The notes under the pieces were generated by a model. That model made no database searches and was not told where the DNA came from. It saw nothing but the letters and a program-made list of their open reading frames with translations. A DNA stretch of 28,921 nt from NCBI GenBank assembly GCA_947085205.1, contig CAMTVO010000039.1:1-28921 (forward strand), read 5' to 3'. Of the stretch, positions 17,126-24,935 are shown piece after piece; within the stretch, counting starts at the first letter, position 1, and each line of letters opens with the position of its first letter. Both the position numbers and the translations under genes were made by a program. Source of the DNA: an uncultured Nitrospiraceae bacterium. GTDB lineage: Bacteria; Nitrospirota; Thermodesulfovibrionia; Thermodesulfovibrionales; Dissulfurispiraceae.

Positions 17126-17584
17126 ATGTCGATCGTAAAATGGAGTCCGCTTAAGGAACTCGAAGATATGAGAAAGGATATGGATAGGCTCTTCGAGGAA
17201 TTTTTCTCCCCTATTACACGGAGGAGAAGAGGCTGGCTGAAGCCGGAAATGGGCATCATAGTGCCGAACATCGAGATGTACGACAGAAAGGATGAGATTG
17301 TGGTAAAGGCAGAGCTTCCAGGCGTTGCCAAGGAAGATATAGACCTCACAATAACCAAGGACTCGCTCACATTAAAAGGTGAGGTAAAAAGAGAAGAAGA
17401 GATAAAAGAAGAAGACTATTACGCCTGCGAAAGAAGCTACGGCAGCTTCACAAGGACAATTGCACTGCCGGCAGAAGTCGACAGCGAAAAGGCAAAGGCA
17501 TCCTTTAAAAGCGGGGTTCTCGAGATAGTCCTTCCCAAGAAAGAAGAGGCAAAGCCAAAGGAGATTAAGATAGAAGTATCTTAA
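17126..17584 (+). CDS. Hsp20/alpha-crystallin small heat-shock protein
   Basis: Start moved to ATG 17126 (CAGGAGG SD); AELPGV, ERSYGSFTRTIALP, ASFKSGVLEIVLPK. Confidence 0.93.
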   Translation: MSIVKWSPLKELEDMRKDMDRLFEEFFSPITRRRRGWLKPEMGIIVPNIEMYDRKDEIVVKAELPGVAKEDIDLTITKDSLTLKGEVKREEEIKEEDYYACERSYGSFTRTIALPAEVDSEKAKASFKSGVLEIVLPKKEEAKPKEIKIEVS

Positions 17585-17591
17585 TCGCAAT

Positions 17592-17624
17592 AAAAAAGGC
17601 GGGATTTTCCTCCCGCCTTTTTTT
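17592..17624. terminator. Bidirectional rho-independent terminator
   Basis: AAAAAA-GGCGGGA-ttttcc-TCCCGCC-TTTTTTT between the convergent hsp20 and tRNA genes. Confidence 0.9.
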
Positions 17625-17635
17625 GTCTCTGTAAG

Positions 17636-17708
17636 CTCCTGGGGAGGGATTCGAACCCCCGACCAAGTGGTTAACAGCCACCCGCTCTGCCGGCTGAGCT
17701 ACCCAGGA
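17636..17708 (-). tRNA. tRNA-Asn(GTT), CCA not encoded
   Basis: Acceptor TCCTGGG/CCCAGGA, discriminator G, D-arm GCTC/GAGC, anticodon arm GGTGG-CTGTTAA-CCACT, T-arm GGGGG-TTCGAAT-CCCTC. Confidence 0.96.
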
Positions 17709-17725
17709 ATTTTAAGCGAAATTTA

Positions 17726-17755
17726 TTTATATCAAAAAATTTGTTTTGTTGTCAA
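17726..17755 (-). promoter_or_regulatory. Putative tRNA promoter
   Basis: TTGACA (17755-17750), 18 nt, TATAAA (17731-17726) with extended TG. Confidence 0.55.
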
Positions 17756-17756
17756 A

Positions 17757-18245
17757 CTAACCGGCATCCTCTTTATCTTTATCCTTTTCCTGTTCCTCTA
17801 TAAATCTGAAGAGCTTTTCCATTGCATCTATCTGCTGGAGCTTCTTGTTTCTGCCCGAAAATCTTATAACATCCTCTATAAAATCCGGCGATTCGGGCAT
17901 CTCCGCATTATAAACCCCGCGCTTTGTAACCTTGTAACTCTCAAGTTCGGTCCCTACGGAGTTCTTTAGCGCTATGACCTTCCTTACCAGTAGGTATCCG
18001 CTTTTTACATTCAAAAGAGAGGTTATTGCCCTCAGATACTTTACAGCATCGTTCCAGTTTGCCAGACTGAACTCAATATCGGAGTGTATCAGCACTTCGT
18101 TGTTCTTGTTTATATCTATGGCGTTTATAGAAAGCTCTTTTGACATGCCCCATAGGCTGTCCACAGTCTCCTGTGTAATCTCTCTGTAAAAATACGGCAG
18201 CGGCAGCTTTATATAAAAAGCCCTTATCTCTCTCTGAAGTTCCAT
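17757..18245 (-). CDS. Hypothetical protein (probably leaderless; start uncertain)
   Basis: Long ORF with globular composition and charged tail; no motif recognised; TGGTATAAT lies 7 nt before ATG 18245 (alternative start 18254). Confidence 0.7.
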   Translation of the reverse strand: MELQREIRAFYIKLPLPYFYREITQETVDSLWGMSKELSINAIDINKNNEVLIHSDIEFSLANWNDAVKYLRAITSLLNVKSGYLLVRKVIALKNSVGTELESYKVTKRGVYNAEMPESPDFIEDVIRFSGRNKKLQQIDAMEKLFRFIEEQEKDKDKEDAG

Positions 18246-18252
18246 CGAGGTC

Positions 18253-18261
18253 ATTATACCA
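18253..18261 (-). promoter_or_regulatory. Perfect extended -10 element (TGnTATAAT)
   Basis: TG-G-TATAAT at 18261-18253, 7 nt upstream of ATG 18245; no SD. Confidence 0.55.
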
Positions 18262-18343
18262 TTATTTTGTAAGAATACAGAAATCAGGAGTTGGAACAGG
18301 ATACCGCATTTAGAGTTTCGAAATCTTTTAGTAAAAAAACTCC

Positions 18344-18372
18344 TTGACTTATTTATCAATTGATGTTATAAC
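18344..18372 (+). promoter_or_regulatory. Sigma70 promoter of the beta-barrel gene with a palindrome in the spacer
   Basis: TTGACT (18344-18349), 17 nt, TATAAC (18367-18372), extended TG; ATCAATTGAT at 18355-18364. Confidence 0.6.
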
Positions 18373-18403
18373 TTTTTAACAAAAATTTTACAGGGGGTGT
18401 TTT

Positions 18404-19927
18404 ATGAGGAAGTTTATCGCAGTTCTCCTTTCACTCTCTCTTCTTCTCCCTCTCCCCGCATTTGCCGCTGAGCAGGCAGATATTCTCCAGAAGATGGAGT
18501 CGCTTTCAAAGGAACTCGATCGCCTGAAACAGCAGATGCAGGAGATGCAGCAGAAAGAGACCGCAAAGGAGGAAAGAATCACGGTTGTTGAGAAAAAGGC
18601 TGAACAAGCCGCAGGGCCTTCATGGCTGGAAATCGGCGGAGACTTCAGGGCAAGGATTGACAGTTTGAGCGGTAAAACACACGACGCACGGGTCTTCAAT
18701 GCAGACGGTTCGGCAGTTAATGCAACTCCTGGAAGAGATATAAAAAACGATTCTCTATTCACCAACCGCTTTGGACTTAACCTGAATGCAAAGGCAACAG
18801 AAGACATCACTGTTAAGGCAAGGCTGTTAATGTACAAGGTATGGGGAATGGGTAATACCAACCCTGTAACAACCAATGCCTTCTTTGGTGACAGGACCGT
18901 GTTTGATGGAACTACTGGTCATATACCACAGGACAATACCCTCAGGGTTGACCAGGCATACGCTACATGGAGCAATATCGGTGGCGCACCTGTCTGGTTC
19001 TCCATTGGTAGAAGGCCATCAACAGGCGGCATTCCACAGAACCTGAGAATGAACACCGAAAAAACAGGAACAGCAGGCGTGCCTTCTTTATTGGTTGATT
19101 ATGCCTTTGACGGTTTAACATTAGGCTATGCCCCTGATATCGATGCCCTTCCCGGCGCCTATGCAAAGTTCTGTTATGGAAAGGGATTGGACAGCGGGTT
19201 CAGACCGCAGAATAACAATCTCAAAGATACCTCTATGTTTGGCATCAGTGTTGTTCCCTATGATACCGACAACTTACATGTCGAACTCAACTGGAACAGG
19301 GGAGCGAATATATTCTTCAAGCCAGATACCATAGCAAATAACACAAACCTTGGAGAAATAGACTGGTTTGGAGCAACAATCACGGGCAAGCTTGATAAGG
19401 TTGGTCCTGGTGACCTTAATCTTTTCGTATCAGGCGCCCTTAGCAAAACACATCCTAATAATAACTCTATGGGGCCATTTGCAGATGGTAACTCTTTCGG
19501 ATTAATGTGGGACTCTGTCGAAGGCAGGAAATCGCGCACGGGTAATGCCGTCTATCTTGGCGGCCGTTATGACATTAAGTCCACCGGTACAAAGATCGGT
19601 GCAGAATATAACCACGGCTCAAAGAACTGGATAACATTTGTTCCTGCCAATGATGATATGTGGACCGGCAAACTCGGGACCAGGGGCGATGTCTATGAGG
19701 TTTATATTATTCAGGAACTCAACAAGAAGCCGATTGCAAAAAGAGGAAAGGCCTTCTTCAGGCTCGGCTACCAGCAATATGACTTTAAATATACAGGAAG
19801 CAACAACTGGGTCGGCGCTCCACAGAAAATTTCCGATTTAAAACAAACAGGGACGGGCGCGGGTGTATTCCATGAAGTAGTTGACAAAGCAAAAGATATC
19901 TACTTCACCTTTAACGTATTGTTCTAA
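18404..19927 (+). CDS. Outer-membrane beta-barrel/porin-like protein, DUF3373-type
   Basis: Signal peptide ending AFA; periplasmic coiled coil; GGDFRARID, LRVDQAYATW, SIGRRPSTGG, KLGTRG motifs; C-terminal YFTFNVLF beta-signal. Confidence 0.8.
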   Translation: MRKFIAVLLSLSLLLPLPAFAAEQADILQKMESLSKELDRLKQQMQEMQQKETAKEERITVVEKKAEQAAGPSWLEIGGDFRARIDSLSGKTHDARVFNADGSAVNATPGRDIKNDSLFTNRFGLNLNAKATEDITVKARLLMYKVWGMGNTNPVTTNAFFGDRTVFDGTTGHIPQDNTLRVDQAYATWSNIGGAPVWFSIGRRPSTGGIPQNLRMNTEKTGTAGVPSLLVDYAFDGLTLGYAPDIDALPGAYAKFCYGKGLDSGFRPQNNNLKDTSMFGISVVPYDTDNLHVELNWNRGANIFFKPDTIANNTNLGEIDWFGATITGKLDKVGPGDLNLFVSGALSKTHPNNNSMGPFADGNSFGLMWDSVEGRKSRTGNAVYLGGRYDIKSTGTKIGAEYNHGSKNWITFVPANDDMWTGKLGTRGDVYEVYIIQELNKKPIAKRGKAFFRLGYQQYDFKYTGSNNWVGAPQKISDLKQTGTGAGVFHEVVDKAKDIYFTFNVLF

Positions 19928-19938
19928 AAACATCACAC

Positions 19939-19971
19939 AAAAAAGGAGGGGCTCAAGCCCCTCCTTTTTTT
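19939..19971 (+). terminator. Rho-independent terminator (bidirectional-type)
   Basis: AAAAAA-GGAGGGGC-tcaa-GCCCCTCC-TTTTTTT. Confidence 0.9.
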
Positions 19972-20042
19972 ATTTTAGCCTGTTCAAAAACTCACAGGCC
20001 CTTGAACATCAAGATATCGTAAGGATGTTAAGCTTGCTTATT

Positions 20043-20163
20043 CCCTGTAGTCTTGCTGCAGGGTTACATTATGTCATTCTCCGGCTTGACCGGAGAATCC
20101 AGACGCTGTCCCTGCGAAAGCAGGGAACTATACAGAGGAGGTAGATTCCCGTTTTCACGGGAA
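20043..20163. repeat. Cluster of four REP-like palindromes (dRS3/RPE-like)
   Basis: CCCTGTAG-tcttg-CTGCAGGG; ATTCTCCGG-cttga-CCGGAGAAT; TCCCTGC-gaaa-GCAGGGA; TTCCCGT-tttc-ACGGGAA. Confidence 0.82.
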
Positions 20164-20305
20164 ACCATGTTTCTTCACAAATCCGGGGCTATACTGTTCA
20201 TAAGTCAATAAACGAATATCAGGCATACCACGCAATTGGATTGTTACAAATTTTTCTCCAAATGGTTTATAATATTCCAATTTTTACTGAGAAAGGAAAG
20301 AGTTG

Positions 20306-21148
20306 ATGGCTGCTTTAATACAATCCCGCGACAGCGCTTTTCTGAAAGAACAAACACGAATAGTCAGAATAGAGATATTGAAAATGCTCGCTCAGGCAGG
20401 GTCGGGACACACAGGAGGCTCCCTGTCCGCTGCAGATATCGTAACCGCGCTTTATTTTTACAAGATGAGACACAGACCTGATAATCCAAAATGGCCGGAA
20501 AGAGACAGATTCATTCTCTCAAAAGGTCATGCAGCGCCTTTGCTTTATGCATCGCTCGCACTCTCAGGCTATTTCGACAAATCACTTCTCAGCACTCTCA
20601 GAAAAGCAGGCAGCCCTTTGCAGGGACATCCTTCATCAAAAATGCTTCAGGGAGTGGAGGTATCAACAGGCTCTCTCGGACAGGGGTTGTCCATTGCAAA
20701 CGGCATGGCATTAGGATTGCGATTAGATAAAAGTCTTGCAAGAGTCTATTGTCTTTTGGGCGACGGCGAGATTCAGGAAGGTCAGGTATGGGAGGCTGCA
20801 ATGACTGCCGGACATTATATCCTCGACAATCTTTGTGCCATTGTGGATTTAAACGAACTCCAGATAGATGGCAGGTGCGAGGATGTAATGAAGATAGCGC
20901 CTGTTGCCGCAAAATGGAAGGCATTTAACTGGCATGTGTTCGAGATAGACGGTCACAATATGGAAGAAATACTAAACACCCTCGATGAGGCGGAAAAGAT
21001 AAAAGGCAAGCCTTCTGTAATCCTTGCAAATACAATAAAAGGCAAGGGAGTATCTATCTTTGAAGGCAAGGTTGAGTATCACGGGCTTGCGCCTACAAAA
21101 GAAGAGCTTGAGATAGCGCTAAAGGAGCTTGGCGAAAATGGGAAGTAG
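20306..21148 (+). CDS. Transketolase N-terminal (TPP-binding) subunit
   Basis: SGHTGGSLS, DRFILSKGH, LQGHP, TGSLGQG, GDGEIQEG...N TPP motif. Confidence 0.93.
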   Translation: MAALIQSRDSAFLKEQTRIVRIEILKMLAQAGSGHTGGSLSAADIVTALYFYKMRHRPDNPKWPERDRFILSKGHAAPLLYASLALSGYFDKSLLSTLRKAGSPLQGHPSSKMLQGVEVSTGSLGQGLSIANGMALGLRLDKSLARVYCLLGDGEIQEGQVWEAAMTAGHYILDNLCAIVDLNELQIDGRCEDVMKIAPVAAKWKAFNWHVFEIDGHNMEEILNTLDEAEKIKGKPSVILANTIKGKGVSIFEGKVEYHGLAPTKEELEIALKELGENGK

Positions 21149-22118
21149 GGAACAGGTCACGGTTCACGAATCACGGATCACGGACTTTTACGGTCAAGCA
21201 GTTGCCACAAGGGATGCCTATGGCGCAGCCCTGGCTGAATTAGGCAAAAGAAACGAAAAAATAGTAGTCCTTGACGCCGACCTTTCAGGCTCTACAAAGA
21301 CCATAAAATTCGCAAAGGCATTTCCCGAAAGGTTTTTTAATATGGGCGTCTCTGAGCAAGACATGATTGGAACAGCAGGAGGGCTTTCACTTACAGGAAA
21401 GATTCCATTTGCATCGACATTCGCCATATTCGAGACAGGAAGGGCATGGGAGCAGATAAGACAGACCATTTGCTACTCCCATCTCAATGTGAAGCTTGTC
21501 GCAACCCATAGCGGTATTACAGTCGGGGAAGACGGCGCATCCCATCAGGCGCTGGAAGATGTGGCATTGATGCGTGTCCTGCCTCAAATGGTCGTAATAG
21601 TCCCTTCCGACGGATTTGAGACAAAGCAGGTCATAGATACTATCGCTGAATACGAAGGCCCTGTTTATGTAAGGCTCGGCAGGGCGAAAGTGCCTGCTGT
21701 CATGCCGCCTGATTATAAGTTTCAGATAGGAAAGGCTTACAAATTCCACATCGGGCGTGATGTCAATATAATTGTCAATGGCATAATGGTCTCTGCTGCT
21801 TTGCAAGCGAGGGATATTCTGTCAAAAGAGGGAATAGATGCGGGTGTAATAAACATGACGACGGTAAAGCCCCTTGATACAGAAGCAGTACTTGAGGCAG
21901 CCAAAGCATCAAAGCTGATAGTGACCGCAGAAGAACACTCCATCATCGGCGGACTCGGCAGCGCAGTCTCTGAATTCTTGTCAGAAAACTGTCCAACTAC
22001 AGTAAAAAGAATAGGCACAAAAGACACCTTCGGCGGCTCAGGCAAGCCCGATGAGCTTTTGAAGCTCTATGGCCTTACAGTAGAGGATATAGCAAAGACC
22101 GTAATGAGTAATGTGTAA
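21138..22118 (+). CDS. Transketolase C-terminal subunit
   Basis: ATRDAYG, LDADLSGST, MGVSEQ, GEDGASHQ, EEHSIIGGLG; AAGGAG SD before ATG 21138. Confidence 0.93.
   Translation: MGSREQVTVHESRITDFYGQAVATRDAYGAALAELGKRNEKIVVLDADLSGSTKTIKFAKAFPERFFNMGVSEQDMIGTAGGLSLTGKIPFASTFAIFETGRAWEQIRQTICYSHLNVKLVATHSGITVGEDGASHQALEDVALMRVLPQMVVIVPSDGFETKQVIDTIAEYEGPVYVRLGRAKVPAVMPPDYKFQIGKAYKFHIGRDVNIIVNGIMVSAALQARDILSKEGIDAGVINMTTVKPLDTEAVLEAAKASKLIVTAEEHSIIGGLGSAVSEFLSENCPTTVKRIGTKDTFGGSGKPDELLKLYGLTVEDIAKTVMSNV
21153..21187. repeat. In-frame heptamer array at the transketolase-C N-terminus
   Basis: CAGGTCA CGGTTCA CGAATCA CGGATCA CGGACTT, encoding QVTVHESRITDF. Confidence 0.8.
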
Positions 22119-22167
22119 TGAGTAAACTATCACATCTCATCACGCATCACTTATCACGCATTACGAA
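22101..22167. repeat. Inverted pair of heptamer arrays (GTAATGA)n / (TCACGCA)n
   Basis: GTAATGA GTAATGT GTAATGA (22101-22121, contains the tkt stop) ... TCACGCA TCACTTA TCACGCA TTACGAA (22140-22167). Confidence 0.85.
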
Positions 22168-22170
22168 TAT

Positions 22171-22830
22171 ATGATAGCATTTCATAATGTCTCGAAATAC
22201 TACGACCAGAGCGTTCTCAAAAGCATAACCTTCACCGTCCGGAAAGGTGAGATGGCCTTTTTAACAGGGCCGAGCGGAGCAGGGAAATCCACTCTTTTGA
22301 AACTTATGTATCTGGCTGAATGGCCTGACGAGGGAGACATTGTCATAGGAGATTTTCATCTGCAGTCCCTTGCCGAATCGCAAATACCTTTTCTGAGGCG
22401 GAATATCGGTGTTGTTTTTCAGGATTTTAAGCTTATAAACAACCTTAGTGTATTCGACAATGTAGCATTAGCCTTAAGAATTCGCGGAGTCGGCGAAAAA
22501 GACATTAAAAACCTCGTATCCGAGGCATTGAAAAAGGTTCACCTGCGCCATTTATCGGACAGCAATCCCCGCAGCCTGTCAGGAGGAGAACAGCAGAGGG
22601 CTGTGATTGCACGCGCAATAGTGGCGGAACCGCTTGTTATACTCGCCGACGAGCCTACAGGAAACCTCGACCCGAACACATCGATAGACATCATAAAGCT
22701 TTTTGGAGAGATTAATTTTCAGGGCACGACAATCCTCATTGCAACCCATAATAGGGAGCTTTTCAGAAATAGAGGGAAAAGGATATTGAAGCTTGACGGC
22801 GGAAACCTCGTGGGCGAGGAGGTGGGCTGA
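22171..22830 (+). CDS. ftsE: Cell-division ABC ATPase FtsE
   Basis: GPSGAGKS, IPFLRRNIGVVFQDFKL, LSGGEQQR, ADEPTGNLD; followed by ftsX. Confidence 0.94.
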   Translation: MIAFHNVSKYYDQSVLKSITFTVRKGEMAFLTGPSGAGKSTLLKLMYLAEWPDEGDIVIGDFHLQSLAESQIPFLRRNIGVVFQDFKLINNLSVFDNVALALRIRGVGEKDIKNLVSEALKKVHLRHLSDSNPRSLSGGEQQRAVIARAIVAEPLVILADEPTGNLDPNTSIDIIKLFGEINFQGTTILIATHNRELFRNRGKRILKLDGGNLVGEEVG

Positions 22831-23705
22831 TGACCATCGCTTATTCCTTTAAATCAGCATTCCAGAGCCTCTGCAGGGAGAAATGGATCAACATCCTCTC
22901 CATATTCACAGTCGCGTCGAGCCTCCTGATAATAACCCTGACAGCCTTTTTCCTCTACAACGTCGGGCTTATTGCAAACCATCTTCCGGAGCGCTTTTCA
23001 ATGGTTGCTTACCTAAAGGACAATCTGTCAAAGGAAGAGACGCAGAATATTATCGATACCCTCAAAAGGAGGGGAGAAGTCGTAAGCCTGAAATACATCT
23101 CAAAAGAAGACGCCTTAAAAGAGTTGAAGCAGACGCTAAAGGACACAGGCTACATCCTTGAAGGGCTGAATGAAAACCCCCTCTCGTCGTCCATCGAAAT
23201 AAAATTACAAAAAGATTTCGTGTCGTCTTCAAACGTGAAGAAGATTTCCGAAGAGATTAAAAAAACATCCGGGATCGACGATGTATATTACGGTGAAAAA
23301 GTGGCAGAGGCAATACACCTCTTGAAAAAATCCCTTCAGAACATGAGCATCATAATCTTCTTAACGATATCTACAGGCGTTATCTTCGTCGCCTACAGCA
23401 CGGTGAAAATCCTCTTTTACAGGAAAAGGGAAGAAATAGAGATAATAAAGCTCTTAGGAGCAACAAAGGGCTTCATAAGAATGCCTTTTCTTGTCGAAGG
23501 CGGCGCTATAGGTTTTTTAGGCGGCGTCTTAGGAACAATCGGCGCTCTGCTCTTTTACTTTGCCGTAACATACAGGCTGAGCGTTGTCATTCCTATGCTT
23601 AAGACGCTCGTCTTTCCCTTCGAAATGTTAATCATGCTTCCAATAGCAGGAATTGTCATGGGAATCATAGGCTCTGTTATAGCCATCGGGAGGCTGAGAC
23701 TTTGA
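22830..23705 (+). CDS. ftsX: Cell-division permease FtsX
   Basis: One TM, periplasmic loop (YISKEDAL, ENPL), three TMs; REEIEIIKLLGAT..FIRMPF. Confidence 0.92.
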   Translation: MTIAYSFKSAFQSLCREKWINILSIFTVASSLLIITLTAFFLYNVGLIANHLPERFSMVAYLKDNLSKEETQNIIDTLKRRGEVVSLKYISKEDALKELKQTLKDTGYILEGLNENPLSSSIEIKLQKDFVSSSNVKKISEEIKKTSGIDDVYYGEKVAEAIHLLKKSLQNMSIIIFLTISTGVIFVAYSTVKILFYRKREEIEIIKLLGATKGFIRMPFLVEGGAIGFLGGVLGTIGALLFYFAVTYRLSVVIPMLKTLVFPFEMLIMLPIAGIVMGIIGSVIAIGRLRL

Positions 23706-23709
23706 AGAT

Positions 23710-24921
23710 ATGAAAAAGAGAAGCGGAGTATTGGAGTATTGGAGTATTGCTTTTTGCTTTTTCCTGTTCACTGTTCACTGTTTACTGTTCACTGTTGTTT
23801 TCGCTGAAAACTCTCGCGATGAGTACAAACAAATACAGAGGGACATCAGTACCCATAAGAAAAAACTCGAATCTGCCAAGCGCGTAGAAAAATCCGTCCT
23901 CGAAGAGCTCAGAAAAACAAATGCAGAGCTTAATGAGATAGAAGACCAGTTGACAGCCCAGCGAGCTAAAATAAAGAAGATACAAGGCAACATATCCGCC
24001 CTTCAGGTCGATATAAACAACAACAAAGAGAGTCTCCAAAAGCAGGGCAATCTCCTCAAAAAAAGGCTACGGGTATTGCAGAGGATAAGCAGGGAGAACG
24101 ACGCGCTTCTGATAATGATAGGCGGTGAGGACATTTCCCAGACATTGAGGACATTGCGGTACATAAGCGATATTTCTACATATGATTACAAACTTATAAA
24201 CAAATACAAGGAGGCTGTCAGGGTTTTGAGCGCAAAGCAGACCGGGCTCAAAAAACTGTCTGCAGAGCTAAAGTCAGAAGAAGAAAAGCTGACAAAACTG
24301 GAGTGGTCGTTAAAAGAAAAAAGGAAAGAGAGGGAATCTCTTTTAGTCAGCGTCAGAAAAGAGAAGAAGTCTTACGAAAAAATGATAAAGGAGCTGCAGG
24401 AGGCTTCAAGCAGGCTGCTCCGGATAATACAGAAATCCGAACGACAGGAGAGAGAGTTGAGAAAAAAGAGACAGGCAAAACCCGGAATAAAAGAAGAGGA
24501 ACCGGCAGAGGACAGCGGGTTTGCAAGGCTTAAGGGAAGACTTCCATGGCCTGTAAATGGCACTGTTGCAATCCAATACGGAACACAAATAGACCCTCTT
24601 TTTAACCTGCCTGTGTTCAGAAGCGGCATCCATATAAAAACATCGCCCAGCTCCAATGTAAAGACGGTTCACGATGGCAAGGTCGTTTTTGCCGATGATT
24701 TCAAGGGCTACGGACAGCTTGTCATAATAAGCCATGGAGCCGGCTATCACACGCTCTATGGAAACCTGTCCAAGATTTTTTTGAAAAATGGAGTTATAAT
24801 AAAAGAGCATACGGCCATCGGAGAGGTCGGGGAGTCGAACACCCTCGGGACAAGCGGTCTCTATTTCGAGCTCAGGTACAGAGGGAAACCCCTCGACCCC
24901 CAGCAATGGCTGAAAAGATAG
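23710..24921 (+). CDS. envC: Murein hydrolase activator EnvC (coiled coil plus degenerate M23/LytM)
   Basis: Long coiled coil; KGRLPWPV; LytM Zn ligands lost (RSGIHI, YGNL); LYFELR..GKPLDP; downstream of ftsEX. Confidence 0.87.
   Translation: MKKRSGVLEYWSIAFCFFLFTVHCLLFTVVFAENSRDEYKQIQRDISTHKKKLESAKRVEKSVLEELRKTNAELNEIEDQLTAQRAKIKKIQGNISALQVDINNNKESLQKQGNLLKKRLRVLQRISRENDALLIMIGGEDISQTLRTLRYISDISTYDYKLINKYKEAVRVLSAKQTGLKKLSAELKSEEEKLTKLEWSLKEKRKERESLLVSVRKEKKSYEKMIKELQEASSRLLRIIQKSERQERELRKKRQAKPGIKEEEPAEDSGFARLKGRLPWPVNGTVAIQYGTQIDPLFNLPVFRSGIHIKTSPSSNVKTVHDGKVVFADDFKGYGQLVIISHGAGYHTLYGNLSKIFLKNGVIIKEHTAIGEVGESNTLGTSGLYFELRYRGKPLDPQQWLKR
23725..23798. repeat. Octamer and heptamer arrays forming the EnvC signal-peptide coding region
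   Basis: (GGAGTATT)x3, (GCTTTTT)x2, then CTGTTCA CTGTTCA CTGTTTA CTGTTCA CTGTTGT. Confidence 0.88.
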
Positions 24922-24935
24922 ACGGAGGATAAAGG

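Noticed and set aside
17667..17969. 100-aa ORF antisense to the tRNA and orphan gene, and the other short shadow ORFs in the track
   Set aside because: They lie antisense or out of frame within well-supported genes and have no motifs or SD.
18344..18359. TTGAC-N6-ATCAA as an FNR box
   Set aside because: FNR/CRP sites need N4 spacing between TTGAT and ATCAA; here it is N6, and the left half is simply the -35 box.
17636..19971. Genomic island integrated at tRNA-Asn
   Set aside because: No integrase or tRNA 3' duplication was seen, and these genes lie on the 5' side of the tRNA.
19881..20144. 87-aa ORF across the terminator and palindromes
   Set aside because: It overlaps the porin end and terminator and is simply a translation of palindromic repeats (VILRLDRRIQ, SLRKQG).
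20268..20273. TATAAT upstream of transketolase as a full promoter
   Set aside because: A plausible -10, but no convincing -35 or extended TG at the correct spacing, so it is not listed as a feature.
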